From an uncultured archaeon (GTDB lineage Archaea > Hadarchaeota > Hadarchaeia > Hadarchaeales > Hadarchaeaceae), in contig CAKZTQ010000011.1 of the NCBI GenBank assembly GCA_937921735.1, forward strand, positions 1-64,000: a DNA stretch of 64,000 nt, given 5' to 3'. The first letter of the stretch is position 1, and each line of letters begins with the position of its first letter. The translations under genes were made by a program, and so were the position numbers. The notes under the pieces were generated by a model, which worked only from the letters and a program-made list of their open reading frames with translations, was not told the origin of the DNA and searched no databases. Below are positions 9,984-19,788 of this stretch, piece after piece.

Positions 9984-11290
9984 TCGTCTTTCCCCAAGCG
10001 ATTTATCAAATCCTCCGCAGTCCTCTGCGCATCTCTCAAAACCTTGGCCTCGTCGAGCGTTAGGACCTCTCGCTCTTGCATTATGATCTTACCATCGACG
10101 ATGACCGTGTCGACGTCGCTTCCGACCGCATTGTAAACAAGGTGGGATATCACGTTGTGCAGGGGCGTGAAGTGAGGTTGTTTGAGATCGATCAGCACCA
10201 CATCCGCCTTCTTGCCGACCTCAAGCGAGCCTATCTCGTCTCGTAAACCCAGTGCGGTTGCTCCGTTGATGGTTGCCATCTCCAGCACGGCAGGTGCTGG
10301 CATGACGGTCGGGTCGAGCTTGCCTACCTTGTTGAGCAGAGCGGCGAACTTCATCTCGCTGAGCAGGTCCAGCGAGTTATTGGACGCCGCTCCGTCCGTG
10401 CCTAGCGCTACCGGTATTCCAGCGGCCAATAGCTCGGGCACCGGGGCAATGCCGCAAGCTATCTTCATATTGCTAACTGGATTGTGAACCGGTTTGACGC
10501 CTCGCTCCCGAATGATCGAGATCTCATGGCCAGTCAGCCAAACACAGTGTGCTGCCAAGACTTCAGGTCCGAGAAAACCGATAGCATCAAGATGTTCGAC
10601 CGGTCTCTTGCCATATTTTTTCACCATTCGATCTACCTCATCTCGGCTCTCAGCGACATGCGTATGGATCCCCACGCCATACTTCCTCGCTAGCTCCTTG
10701 GTCTTAAGCAGACATTCCGGTGAGCAGGTGTAGGCTGCGTGGGGCCCAAACATCGTTAGGACCCTCCCGCCGGCCTTGCCGTGGTATTCTCTCACAAATT
10801 TTTCTCCAGTCCTGAGCTCCGATTCACGTCGCTGAGGGTCGTCCATCTCGATTATACCGTACGAAAGTACCCCACGTATCCCGGACTCTTCAACTGCGCG
10901 CGCCACGTCTTCCATGAAGAAGTATTGGTCCGCAAAGCAAGTGGTCCCGGACTTTATCATTTCTAAGCATCCCAGCAAGGCAGCGTAGTAACAATCCCCT
11001 TTTCTGAGGTTTTTTTCGATGGGCCATATTTTGGTCTCTAGCCACTCCATGAGAGGCATGTCGTCCGCGAGGCCCCTCAACAAGGTCATGGAGAGGTGGG
11101 TATGGGCATTTATGAGTCCCGGCAGAACTACTTTACCCTTGGCATCGATTACCACATCGCCTTGCCCCTCAACTTTTTCACCAACTGCCGTTATCCTGTC
11201 GCCCTCTATCGCCAAAGATCCCCGCTTGATGATCCTCCGGTCGGGGTCCATGGTGATGATAAAGCCATTCTCGATGAGGATGTCTACCAA
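9980..11290 (-). CDS. mtaD: Amidohydrolase, MTA/SAH/5'-deoxyadenosine deaminase (MtaD/DadD family)
   Basis: [35 protein letters not shown]; 4-nt overlap with ahcY. Confidence 0.88.
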   Translation of the reverse strand: MVDILIENGFIITMDPDRRIIKRGSLAIEGDRITAVGEKVEGQGDVVIDAKGKVVLPGLINAHTHLSMTLLRGLADDMPLMEWLETKIWPIEKNLRKGDCYYAALLGCLEMIKSGTTCFADQYFFMEDVARAVEESGIRGVLSYGIIEMDDPQRRESELRTGEKFVREYHGKAGGRVLTMFGPHAAYTCSPECLLKTKELARKYGVGIHTHVAESRDEVDRMVKKYGKRPVEHLDAIGFLGPEVLAAHCVWLTGHEISIIRERGVKPVHNPVSNMKIACGIAPVPELLAAGIPVALGTDGAASNNSLDLLSEMKFAALLNKVGKLDPTVMPAPAVLEMATINGATALGLRDEIGSLEVGKKADVVLIDLKQPHFTPLHNVISHLVYNAVGSDVDTVIVDGKIIMQEREVLTLDEAKVLRDAQRTAEDLINRLGKDE

Positions 11291-11296
11291 CCCTTT

Positions 11297-11827
11297 TCAC
11301 CTTCCGAGGCCAAGCTCTCTAGCTATGGCTCGCCCGAACTCCTTTGCTGCGGCAGGCCCGTTTGCGGTTATGATGTTTCCATCTACCTCCACTTGCTTGC
11401 CCGTATATTTGGCGCCCTTTTCCTTCAGCATCCTTATGAAGTCCCCATTCCAAACCGTAGCGCGCTTGCCTTCGAGCACACCAGCATTTGCCAATATAAC
11501 AGGAGCTATGCAAATAGCGCCGACCTTTTTCCCTTTCTTGACGGCATCTTTTGCTATGGATAAAGCTCGCTCATCCTCGAAGTAAGCGGATGCTCCTGAG
11601 CCGCCCACGAAGATTATGGCATCGTAATCATCGACTCTTATTTTGTCCAACGTGAGGTCCGGTCGAACGGTAGTTCCGAACATACCTCTTGCAGTTGCCT
11701 TCGAGCTAGCAACTACCACGTTTGCTCCGGCTTCTTGTAAGATTCTCTTTGGCTCCTCGAATTCCTCATCCCTAAAGTTTTGGGGGGCAATCACCATCAA
11801 TACCCGCTTTTCGACCAAGTTCAACAC
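11297..11827 (-). CDS. DJ-1/PfpI family protein
   Basis: FRDEEF, FVGGSGA, AICIAP nucleophile elbow, ITANGP. Confidence 0.9.
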   Translation of the reverse strand: MLNLVEKRVLMVIAPQNFRDEEFEEPKRILQEAGANVVVASSKATARGMFGTTVRPDLTLDKIRVDDYDAIIFVGGSGASAYFEDERALSIAKDAVKKGKKVGAICIAPVILANAGVLEGKRATVWNGDFIRMLKEKGAKYTGKQVEVDGNIITANGPAAAKEFGRAIARELGLGR

Positions 11828-11865
11828 CTCCCATTAGAAAAGCATTAGTTCCTGCCGTTTAAATG

Positions 11866-12444
11866 CTAAGCTATTTGTTTCTCATCGTCGAGTTTTGAAC
11901 GCGTCCTCAGCTCCTGTTGACATCTATCGCAAAATCCGTCTCTTATAATTAGGTTTCCATTTAACAATCTCGCGTACATCAAATCTATCGGTTCTTGGTG
12001 GTGCCGTAAACCTTGGCTGTGACCCAGACCGTGTGCCGTAACCTTTACGGTAGACTCCTCCTCCAGCTTGAACAAGGATACGATGCCCACGTCTTTTGAG
12101 ATGTAGTCATGGACGAGGTTTACCACCCTCCTAAACCTACCGCGCTCGAACTTAGGGTATATTGCTATTACAGGATCGTGCATCAAGGCCAACAATAATG
12201 CGTCGCTTTTGAGCAATTTTTTCATTCCCCTAATTCTGCGCATTATGCTGTCGAAGATGAAAGCCCTGTAAAATTTCGCCTTGAGTTTTATCATAACATC
12301 GTGATCCACATCGATGTTCCCTAGATATCGGATATCCCCCCATATTCCTTTGGGGAAATATTCGATCGCTTCCCATAACAGTTCTATCAAACCCTCTTTG
12401 TCTCTAGGTTCTTCATTGATCGTTAGCATTTCCAGCGACTGCAT
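11866..12444 (-). CDS. Archaemetzincin-like protein lacking the catalytic Glu
   Basis: HGLGHSQGLRH (HExxHxxGxxH with E to G), DLM Met-turn, FCDRC. Confidence 0.6.
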   Translation of the reverse strand: MQSLEMLTINEEPRDKEGLIELLWEAIEYFPKGIWGDIRYLGNIDVDHDVMIKLKAKFYRAFIFDSIMRRIRGMKKLLKSDALLLALMHDPVIAIYPKFERGRFRRVVNLVHDYISKDVGIVSLFKLEEESTVKVTAHGLGHSQGLRHHQEPIDLMYARLLNGNLIIRDGFCDRCQQELRTRSKLDDEKQIA

Positions 12445-12553
12445 GACATATTTATTTTTTAAAATCGCTTAATAAATCTCTCCCCCTCAGAACGCGCCCA
12501 ACATGGTAAGAATAGTTTGGGCAGATGCTTAATATAAAAACCATGAGAAGAAT

Positions 12554-14581
12554 TTGGGGGTAAACTTGGTCGATAAGTACCTCGTAACTGCTGCTTTGCC
12601 ATACGCGAGTGGACCAAGGCACATAGGGCACGCGGCAGGGGTTTATATACCCGCAGACATTTACGCCAGATATCATCGGATGAAAGGACATGATGTGGTA
12701 TTCATATGTGGTACAGACGAACATGGCACGCCGATCACCGTTCAAGCGGTCCAAGAGGGCGTGAGACCGATCGAGATCGCGGACCGCTATCATAAGGTCA
12801 TCAAGGATTCATTTGACAAGCTTGGATTTTCGTTTGATAACTTCTCCCGCACAACACGAGAGATACACTATCGCTTGGCTCAGGATTTCTTCATGACGCT
12901 TTACAAAAAAGGCTACATTTACAAGAAGGAAGTGGAGTTGCTATATTGCTCCAACTGCAAGAGGTTTTTGCCTGATAGATACGTAGAGGGCGTTTGCCCG
13001 CATTGCGGCGCCGAGGGTGCCAGGGGGGACCAGTGCGATGCCTGCGGCAGGATTTTGAATCCCACCGATTTAGTTGACCCTCATTGCGTTATCTGCAATA
13101 CCACGCCCACTACGCGGAAGAGCCTACAGTGGTTCTTCAAGCTGAGCGCGTTCGAGGATGCTATCAAGAAGATGCTAGAAGAGAACCGCCATTGGCCCGA
13201 TAACGTGCGCAATTTCTGCCTTCAGCTAATCGAGAAGGAGGGTCTTAAGGACCGCGACATAACCAGGGACCTGGAGTGGGGCATTCCAGTACCCCTGTCC
13301 GAGGCGAAGGGTAAAGTGCTGTACGTCTGGTTCGACGCACCGATAGGTTATATATCTGCCACCATGGAATGGGCCCAAAAGATCGGCGACCCCGAGAAGT
13401 GGCGAGAATATTGGCAGGGCAACGCTAAAATAGTGCACTTTCTAGCGAAGGACAACATCCCGTTCCATGCGATCATTTGGCCGGCAATGCTTATGGCATA
13501 TGGTGGGTTCAGCTTGCCCTGGATGATCCCCGCCTACGAACACCTTAACTTGGAGGGGCGGAAGATGTCTACCAGCAGGGGCTGGGTGGTGGAGCTCAAC
13601 GATTTCTTGGATGAGTTCGACCCCGACATGCTCAGATATTACTTGACGATAAATGCCCCCCAGAAGCGCGACGTAGATTTTTATTGGAGGGAATTTCAAC
13701 GGAGAGTAAACGATGAGCTGGCCGACATCATCGGCAACTTCATCCACCGCACTTTGTCATTCATCTACAATAATTTTGACGGAAAGGTCCCTGCTCCTGG
13801 AGAGTTTGACGAGAGAGATAAGGAGATGTTGCGATTAATTGAGAACGCACAGCTTACGGTAGGCAAACACATAGAGGAATTCAACTCCAGCCTTGGCTTA
13901 AAAGAAATAGTAAGATTGGCAGGGGCGGCAAACAAATATTTCAACGACAAGCAACCTTGGCGCACCCTGAAGGAGGATCCCCAAAAATGCGCGACGACGC
14001 TTTACATATGCGCTCAGTTAACGAGATCGCTGGCGATAATGTTGGCCCCCTATCTCCCCTTTGCAAGTCAAAGGCTTTGGAGGATGTTAAATCTTCCCGC
14101 CGATGTCCACAAGCAGAATTGGGATTCGGCGTCGGAGCTGGGTATAAGGCCCGGACATGAGATACGCAAACCTGAGCCGCTCTTTGTTAAGCTTCAGGAC
14201 GAGGTGATAAGGAGAAGGGAGGAAAAGCTTCAAGCTATCTTAAGAGCCCAATCCCAGACCGTCGTCACCGCCGAGGAGTTCGCAAGACTGGATATACGCA
14301 TCGGCAAGGTGGTAAGCGTTGAGCCTATCCCAAGATCAAAGAAGCTCCTAAAGCTCTCCGTTGACGTCGGGGATAAACGGCGCACGATAGTCGCGGGACT
14401 CGCCCAGCATTACTCACCGGAGCAGCTCGTGGGCAAGAACGTAGTGGTGCTCCTGAATTTAAAGCCCATACAGCTAATGGGCGTTACATCCGAGGGCATG
14501 TTATTGGCTGCGGAAGATGAAAAAGGTCCATCGATTTTAACCCCAGACAGAACCGTGAAGCCGGGTTCGAGGGTGAAATAA
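12554..14581 (+). CDS. metG: Methionine--tRNA ligase with C-terminal tRNA-binding OB domain
   Basis: ALPYASGPRHIGH, GTDEHGT, zinc knuckles, YVWFDA, KMSTS, SEGMLLA. Confidence 0.97.
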   Translation: MGVNLVDKYLVTAALPYASGPRHIGHAAGVYIPADIYARYHRMKGHDVVFICGTDEHGTPITVQAVQEGVRPIEIADRYHKVIKDSFDKLGFSFDNFSRTTREIHYRLAQDFFMTLYKKGYIYKKEVELLYCSNCKRFLPDRYVEGVCPHCGAEGARGDQCDACGRILNPTDLVDPHCVICNTTPTTRKSLQWFFKLSAFEDAIKKMLEENRHWPDNVRNFCLQLIEKEGLKDRDITRDLEWGIPVPLSEAKGKVLYVWFDAPIGYISATMEWAQKIGDPEKWREYWQGNAKIVHFLAKDNIPFHAIIWPAMLMAYGGFSLPWMIPAYEHLNLEGRKMSTSRGWVVELNDFLDEFDPDMLRYYLTINAPQKRDVDFYWREFQRRVNDELADIIGNFIHRTLSFIYNNFDGKVPAPGEFDERDKEMLRLIENAQLTVGKHIEEFNSSLGLKEIVRLAGAANKYFNDKQPWRTLKEDPQKCATTLYICAQLTRSLAIMLAPYLPFASQRLWRMLNLPADVHKQNWDSASELGIRPGHEIRKPEPLFVKLQDEVIRRREEKLQAILRAQSQTVVTAEEFARLDIRIGKVVSVEPIPRSKKLLKLSVDVGDKRRTIVAGLAQHYSPEQLVGKNVVVLLNLKPIQLMGVTSEGMLLAAEDEKGPSILTPDRTVKPGSRVK

Positions 14582-14583
14582 AT

Positions 14584-15213
14584 TTGTTCCGCTACGATCT
14601 ACACGTTCATACGCGGTACTCGCGGGATGGACGTTGTACCCTCCTCGAGGCCGTCAGGATAGCTAGGTCGAAGGGCCTGAGCGGGATTGCGATCACCGAT
14701 CATGATAGCATTAACGGCAACCTCGAGGCGGCAAGGCTTAACCTAAAGGACTTTGTCATCATCCCAGGCATCGAAGTCTCAAGCAGGGATGGGCACATTC
14801 TAGGCCTTAATGTGATGGAACCTATACCCCCGGGTCTCCCCGCCGCTGAGACGGTGGCCCTAATAAGGGAGCAGGGGGGGATAGCCGTGGCGGCCCATCC
14901 ATTTGGGCTTGGGAGGAAAATCGGGGCGGTGCTTAAAGCAAAGTTCGATGCGATCGAGGTCTTCAACTCTCGTACTTATTTTGGCAACAGTTTGGCTCGT
15001 GAGTTCGCAGAAAAAAATAAGTTGCCCATAGTCGCGGGGTCAGATGCCCATTATCCCGATGAGATCGGCTTGGCTGGAGTGGAGGTGAACTGCAAGCCAA
15101 GGGTCGACGCTGTTTTAAGCTCAATAGTGCAAAGGGAAATAGCAGTGTTCGGGCAGTTGCTTCCACCCTTCACTTATTTACGAAGGGCGATTCAAAAGTT
15201 GATTTCAAGATGA
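14584..15213 (+). CDS. PHP-domain phosphoesterase
   Basis: DLHVHT, AITDHD, AAHP, GSDAH. Confidence 0.9.
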   Translation: MFRYDLHVHTRYSRDGRCTLLEAVRIARSKGLSGIAITDHDSINGNLEAARLNLKDFVIIPGIEVSSRDGHILGLNVMEPIPPGLPAAETVALIREQGGIAVAAHPFGLGRKIGAVLKAKFDAIEVFNSRTYFGNSLAREFAEKNKLPIVAGSDAHYPDEIGLAGVEVNCKPRVDAVLSSIVQREIAVFGQLLPPFTYLRRAIQKLISR

Positions 15214-15220
15214 AAGTTAA

Positions 15221-15273
15221 AGGCCGAGGGGAGCCCCTTCACCTCGCAAAAGATAAACGGGCTCCCCTCGCCT
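15221..15273. other. GC-rich inverted repeat (stem-loop) between convergent genes
   Basis: AGGC(C)GAGGGGAGCCC at 15221-15236 pairs with GGGCTCCCCTCGCCT at 15259-15273. Confidence 0.6.
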
Positions 15274-15339
15274 GACACCCCGTCGGAGGCTGGACCGAGG
15301 AGGAGGTGGGGTGACCGTGAGTTCGAATCTTTTGGGTTT

Positions 15340-15603
15340 TCACCCCCTCGTTTCTTTCTTAGACACGTACCCTTCCTTCGCCGCTTCTTCCTGCAATCTC
15401 TGCCATTCCTTTATCTTGTCCACGTTTGCGCTGAGCCATGAGTGAATGATAGTCCGAATAACCTCACTCCGGGTATTGCCGTGGCTCGGGATTAAATCGT
15501 CAATTATCTTAAGGTGAACGCCATCAAGGAAGACCCGGACTTCGGCCTTTTTCTGGGACAGATCTTCAACCTCCTCCTTTTTTTGTCCTACATTTAACTG
15601 CAA
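15340..15603 (-). CDS. Ribbon-helix-helix (CopG-like) regulator
   Basis: EVRVFL beta strand, helix, GNTRSEVIRTII. Start uncertain (TTG 15603 or CTG 15561). Confidence 0.7.
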   Translation of the reverse strand: MQLNVGQKKEEVEDLSQKKAEVRVFLDGVHLKIIDDLIPSHGNTRSEVIRTIIHSWLSANVDKIKEWQRLQEEAAKEGYVSKKETRG

Positions 15604-15616
15604 CTTTACTGCAGTT
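15596..15616. promoter_or_regulatory. Candidate RHH operator AACTGCA-N7-TGCAGTT
   Basis: Perfect 7-bp inverted repeat just downstream of a minus-strand TATA-like TTATATA (about 15624-15630). Confidence 0.4.
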
Positions 15617-15709
15617 TTGCTGGTATATAAGTGTTTCGTTTGGTGAACTAAAATTCTGCAGTCGATTGCCTTTGAGGCCGAATCGGTAACGCTAATTTGA
15701 GTCTAGAAA

Positions 15710-15976
15710 TCAGATCGATTCCAATTCCTTAACCGCCAAGAGGGACTCCAACACTTTTTGCCCGCTCTCGGTGAGCCAACAGCTGCCATCGACTTCGACT
15801 ACTAAACCACGATCGACGAGATCTTTGACGTATAGCTTCACGGGCCACCAATCCTTGATTTGGAGGTGGCTCTTCAGTTCCCTGATTTTAGATGCTTTCT
15901 TGGTAGCGATTGCCGCGAATGTCTTAAACCGCATACGGTTTTCCTTAAGCCAGTTTATGTCTTCAGGAACGCCCAT
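15710..15976 (-). CDS. Small winged-helix DNA-binding protein
   Basis: YVKDLVDRGLV...CWLTESGQKVL wing motif; ATG 15976 just downstream of ABCE1. Confidence 0.65.
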   Translation of the reverse strand: MGVPEDINWLKENRMRFKTFAAIATKKASKIRELKSHLQIKDWWPVKLYVKDLVDRGLVVEVDGSCWLTESGQKVLESLLAVKELESI

Positions 15977-15995
15977 GCTCTCTTTCCTTACTGTA

Positions 15996-17759
15996 TCAAG
16001 TGAGATAAAAGTACTCACCTCGTTCCTTTTGTTCCCTGTCCAAGCGGCTATCCGGTTTATTTACTCTAGGTCTGCCGGTCTGCGGATCGCGTCTGAATGT
16101 CACACCTACTTGGCGTAGAAATAAGTTCATGCCCTCACGCATGTCCAGCGGACCATGGGTTTGACCCATCCTGCCGGGCTCGCCGGTAAACACGAGTATT
16201 CTATCTGAGATGTAGTCTACCACCAGCACATCATGGTCTACGACTAAAGCGGCGGCCTCACGGACCTCGATCACCCTTCTTATTGTTCTAGCCATGTTCA
16301 AGCGCTGCTCGACATCCAAGTAGGCACTCGGCTCATCTAAGAGGTAAAGATCTGCAGTTTGACCTAGACAAGCCGCGATCGCCACTCGTTGGAGCTCCCC
16401 CCCGCTTAGCTCAGATAGATGCTTATCCATCAACGGCTCAAGTTCAAGTGGCCTCGAGATCTCCAGCTCAAACATGTGGTCAAATCCTCCAATAGAATTA
16501 TGCAACCATCCTTCGACCGTTCCATCGAAATCCACCTGTAGATATTGTGGCTTATACGAGACCGTCAAGTTCAAATCTATGCGTCCCGTCGTCGGCTCGA
16601 TCTCCCCTGCCAGCAGCCGAACGAACGTCGTCTTGCCCGTGGCATTTGGGCCGACTACTCCGATCACCTCGCCCTTGTAGACTACGCCAGGCTGGACGTA
16701 TAGGCGAAATCCTCTGAAGTGCTTGGTGAGGTTAGAATAGCTGAACAATTCTTTGGTCACGCGAGTCTGGAAAGGGGGCTTGACTTCGAAGTGGATCGGC
16801 TCCCGACGAAACCTCACGTTTTCCTCCCGAAGATATCCGTCTAAGAACACATTTATCCCCACGCGAACCCCTCGTGGCTCAGAGATCACGCCGTACACCC
16901 CTGGCTTACCGTACATCACGTGCACGTAATCGCACATGTAATCCAACGTGGCCAAGTCGTGTTCCACCACCAAGACCGCTTTTCCCGCCTCTGCAAGCTT
17001 TCGAATGACTTTAGCCGCGCTTAGGCGTTGGTAGATATCGAGGTGGGAGCTGGGTTCGTCGAAGCAGTATACATCGGCCTCCCTCGCGGCAGCGGCAGCG
17101 ATGGCAACTCGTTGGAGCTCCCCCCCGCTAAGGTGCCTGATCCTGCGCTTTAAGGCTTCCTTCAGCTCTAGGTCGGAGATGAGATCCTCGATCACCCCAC
17201 GTTCGTCCACGCGCTCAAGTAATTCCATCACCGTGCCGTCGACGGCTTCTGGAAGCTTTTCGACGGGTTGAGGTTTGTATATGGGATTTATCTCTCCCAA
17301 TCGCTCGAAGTACGCCTGTAGCTCAGATCCCTTGAAAAACTCTTTTATCTGGTCCGGTGTGGCCTCCTCTCGCGTGCCTAGGTTTGGTTTGAGCCTGCCA
17401 GCGAGGATACTCAATGCCGTGGTCTTTCCCATCCCGTTTTGCCCGATCAAACCGGTTACCTTTCCCCACCGCGGTATGGGCAGCATGTAGAGGGCGAAAC
17501 CATTGGGACCGTAGCGATGGACACAGCATCCCTCGAGCTCCTCGGGGAGGTTAACGATGTGGATTGCCTTGAACGGGCATTTGCGCACGCATATGCCGCA
17601 GCCGCTGCATAGCTCCTCCGAGATCGTTGGCCTACCGGTCCCCTCATCGATCGTTATCGTTTCGTCGCCCAAGCGTACGCCCGGGCAGTAACGCAAGCAC
17701 TCCGTCTGGCATCGCTTGGGCTGGCAAGCATCTCGGTCCAACACGGCTAGTCTGGGCAT
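15996..17759 (-). CDS. rli1: Ribosome recycling ATPase ABCE1/Rli1
   Basis: N-terminal 2x[4Fe-4S] Cys motifs, HRYGPNGF, two Walker A motifs (GQNGMGKT, GPNATGKT), LSGGELQR twice, TFRRDP. Confidence 0.96.
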   Translation of the reverse strand: MPRLAVLDRDACQPKRCQTECLRYCPGVRLGDETITIDEGTGRPTISEELCSGCGICVRKCPFKAIHIVNLPEELEGCCVHRYGPNGFALYMLPIPRWGKVTGLIGQNGMGKTTALSILAGRLKPNLGTREEATPDQIKEFFKGSELQAYFERLGEINPIYKPQPVEKLPEAVDGTVMELLERVDERGVIEDLISDLELKEALKRRIRHLSGGELQRVAIAAAAAREADVYCFDEPSSHLDIYQRLSAAKVIRKLAEAGKAVLVVEHDLATLDYMCDYVHVMYGKPGVYGVISEPRGVRVGINVFLDGYLREENVRFRREPIHFEVKPPFQTRVTKELFSYSNLTKHFRGFRLYVQPGVVYKGEVIGVVGPNATGKTTFVRLLAGEIEPTTGRIDLNLTVSYKPQYLQVDFDGTVEGWLHNSIGGFDHMFELEISRPLELEPLMDKHLSELSGGELQRVAIAACLGQTADLYLLDEPSAYLDVEQRLNMARTIRRVIEVREAAALVVDHDVLVVDYISDRILVFTGEPGRMGQTHGPLDMREGMNLFLRQVGVTFRRDPQTGRPRVNKPDSRLDREQKERGEYFYLT

Positions 17760-17814
17760 CGCCTCACCGCAATGCTTTTAGGTAAAATGTTATTAAATTG
17801 CGAGGTAAAGGAGC

Positions 17815-18030
17815 TTGATGGGGGCGTTTTTTTTGGTTTGGTGGGTCCTGCTGCTTAAAATACTACTTGGGCTCGTGCTAGTGCTGGCGATAATCGGCAG
17901 CGGGTTATTTGGCTACGTTTTTTGGATAGCTCGAGCTCGCTGGTGGGCGGCGGGTTGTTTTTGCATCGTAGCTTTTTGCGTGTTCGCCCTCTACGAGCTC
18001 ATCATTGGTGAGATCATTCACTTGTCTTAG
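17815..18030 (+). CDS. Hypothetical small membrane protein
   Basis: Two hydrophobic segments; upstream TATA-like and GGAG. Confidence 0.45.
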   Translation: MMGAFFLVWWVLLLKILLGLVLVLAIIGSGLFGYVFWIARARWWAAGCFCIVAFCVFALYELIIGEIIHLS

Positions 18031-18271
18031 GCCATCGCTCGGAGTTTAGCCGTTGCATGTACCTTCGAAGCTCGGCCATGATGTAATCGACCACTCTTTT
18101 TCGCTCCTTTTCGTCTTCCTGTTCCCCAAAGAGCCTCTTGAGCCTCGGTTCGGCGAATATCTCAAATGCCATTTCGATATCGCGATCGGTAAGTGGAGCG
18201 TCGTTTACTTTATCGGCTAATAGCTCAGCCGCCTTCTGAACTATCCAATCGAGTTCGGATTGCTCGACCAT
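18014..18271 (-). CDS. Hypothetical protein (helical, 85 aa)
   Basis: ATG start, protein-like composition, shares an AT-rich divergent promoter with the nitroreductase. Confidence 0.6.
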   Translation of the reverse strand: MVEQSELDWIVQKAAELLADKVNDAPLTDRDIEMAFEIFAEPRLKRLFGEQEDEKERKRVVDYIMAELRRYMQRLNSERWPKTSE

Positions 18272-18325
18272 CTCACAACCAGGGAATCTTTTAATGTTTT
18301 GACTTAAATCAAATTTGGGAGTGAA

Positions 18326-18847
18326 GTGGAGGTTTTTGAAGCAATAAGTGGGCGTAGGAGCGTACGGGAGTTCAAGCCCGATCCCGTGAACGAAGGAGAT
18401 TTGAGAAAAATCTTAGATGCGGGGAGGATGGCTCCATCGGCCGGCAATTGCCAACCCACGGAGTTCGTGGTCGTTAAGGATCAAGCGATCAAGCAGCGGC
18501 TCGCTAGGGCGGCATATGGGCAGACCTTTGTAGCGGAAGCGCCGGTAGTTATAGTGGTATGCGCAAACGTGCCTCGTACCTCTCGTCGCTACGGTAGACG
18601 AGGTGAGGAGCTTTACTGCATCCAAGATACTGCGGCGGCCACGCAGAACATCCACCTAGCAGCTTACGCCCTTGGCTACGCAAGTTGCTGGGTGGGGGCG
18701 TTCGATGAGGATGCGGTGGCCGGGATCATCAAGGCTCCCAGCGGCGTGAGACCATTGGCTATTGTACCCATAGGCAGACCAGCCGAGAAACCTAGTGCTC
18801 CACCTCGCAGGCGGCTAGAAGAAATAGTGCACGAGGATACCTTTTAA
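18326..18847 (+). CDS. Nitroreductase family protein
   Basis: RRSVREF, APSAGNCQP, QNIHLAAYALGYASCWVG. Confidence 0.92.
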   Translation: MEVFEAISGRRSVREFKPDPVNEGDLRKILDAGRMAPSAGNCQPTEFVVVKDQAIKQRLARAAYGQTFVAEAPVVIVVCANVPRTSRRYGRRGEELYCIQDTAAATQNIHLAAYALGYASCWVGAFDEDAVAGIIKAPSGVRPLAIVPIGRPAEKPSAPPRRRLEEIVHEDTF

Positions 18848-18876
18848 TCGCCACCAGGCGTCGACGGGGCAGCGGG

Positions 18877-19788
18877 TCACCGTAGAAGTCTAGCGCCTTC
18901 GGTGTCGATATCCGTCACGATAACGGCTTCGGGGCTACATATATCGGAGAACGCTCGTTTAACCTTCTCGAGCGTTTTTTCCGTTGCAAGCGCGAAAACC
19001 GCCCGACCTAACATCACTTGGCTAGCGCCGATTGCTCCCGCTTTGATCGCAGCTCTTACCAAAGCTCGGAGCTCATCATCCAAGAGACCCAGCGACTCGG
19101 AGAACTCTTGTGAAATGCGCATGAAATTTTTGGGAGTAGGGTCATCCACCAACTTCCTTAACGCATGCCCCCCTAGCTCCTTCGAGCGCTTCTTAAGCTC
19201 TTCGTCGCGTAGGATTTCCTCCGTCAGTAGCTGGCCGAGCGTGCAGCATATCACCCTTACGTCGCTCGGTATCTGTATCTGGCCCCATCTTCCGTAAGGA
19301 GGAGCGCCCGGTTCAAGGCCCATTACCAACCCACCGCACGCTTGGGCCCCAACGTCGCCCAGCCCGGTTAAGCAAGTAACTTCGGCGATATGGGCGATCG
19401 CCACCAGCCGCTCGCGCGGCAGGCGCAAGTTTAACGCTTCTGAGAGCGCTAGGGCAGTGCCTAAGGCACCAGCACCACTTGCGCCATAGCCAGCACCTAT
19501 GGGTACCTTGACCTCATGGCTCACGGTAACCTCGATCGGCTCCGGGATCAGCCTGAGGATTTGCTCAACTACCGTCGAAGTTGTCTTGGCCCAAGGCGCT
19601 TCCTCCCCGTTCACGACGATCTTTATCCCTCTACGACTAGCTGGCCTCACGCTTACCTCTGTGATTACCCCTGCTTTTATGCACGGTCCACAGTTCCGTG
19701 AGCCCTTACGCTCGAGCTCCCTTGCCTCGTCGCAAACCTGAAAAAAACCGGAGATGTGGCCGGGCACAAATGCAGAGGCGACCCTCAT
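18877..19788 (-). CDS. Pantoate kinase (GHMP family)
   Basis: FVPGHISGFF, KGS, PIGAGYGASGA, AHIAEV..TGLGDV; adjacent to coaBC. Confidence 0.88.
   Translation of the reverse strand: MRVASAFVPGHISGFFQVCDEARELERKGSRNCGPCIKAGVITEVSVRPASRRGIKIVVNGEEAPWAKTTSTVVEQILRLIPEPIEVTVSHEVKVPIGAGYGASGAGALGTALALSEALNLRLPRERLVAIAHIAEVTCLTGLGDVGAQACGGLVMGLEPGAPPYGRWGQIQIPSDVRVICCTLGQLLTEEILRDEELKKRSKELGGHALRKLVDDPTPKNFMRISQEFSESLGLLDDELRALVRAAIKAGAIGASQVMLGRAVFALATEKTLEKVKRAFSDICSPEAVIVTDIDTEGARLLR

Noticed and set aside
15211-15273. UGA of the PHP gene followed by a hairpin, read as a selenocysteine/readthrough signal
   Set aside because: The PHP domain is complete at the stop, the hairpin lacks the archaeal SECIS GAA/A motif, and the extension looks non-protein-like
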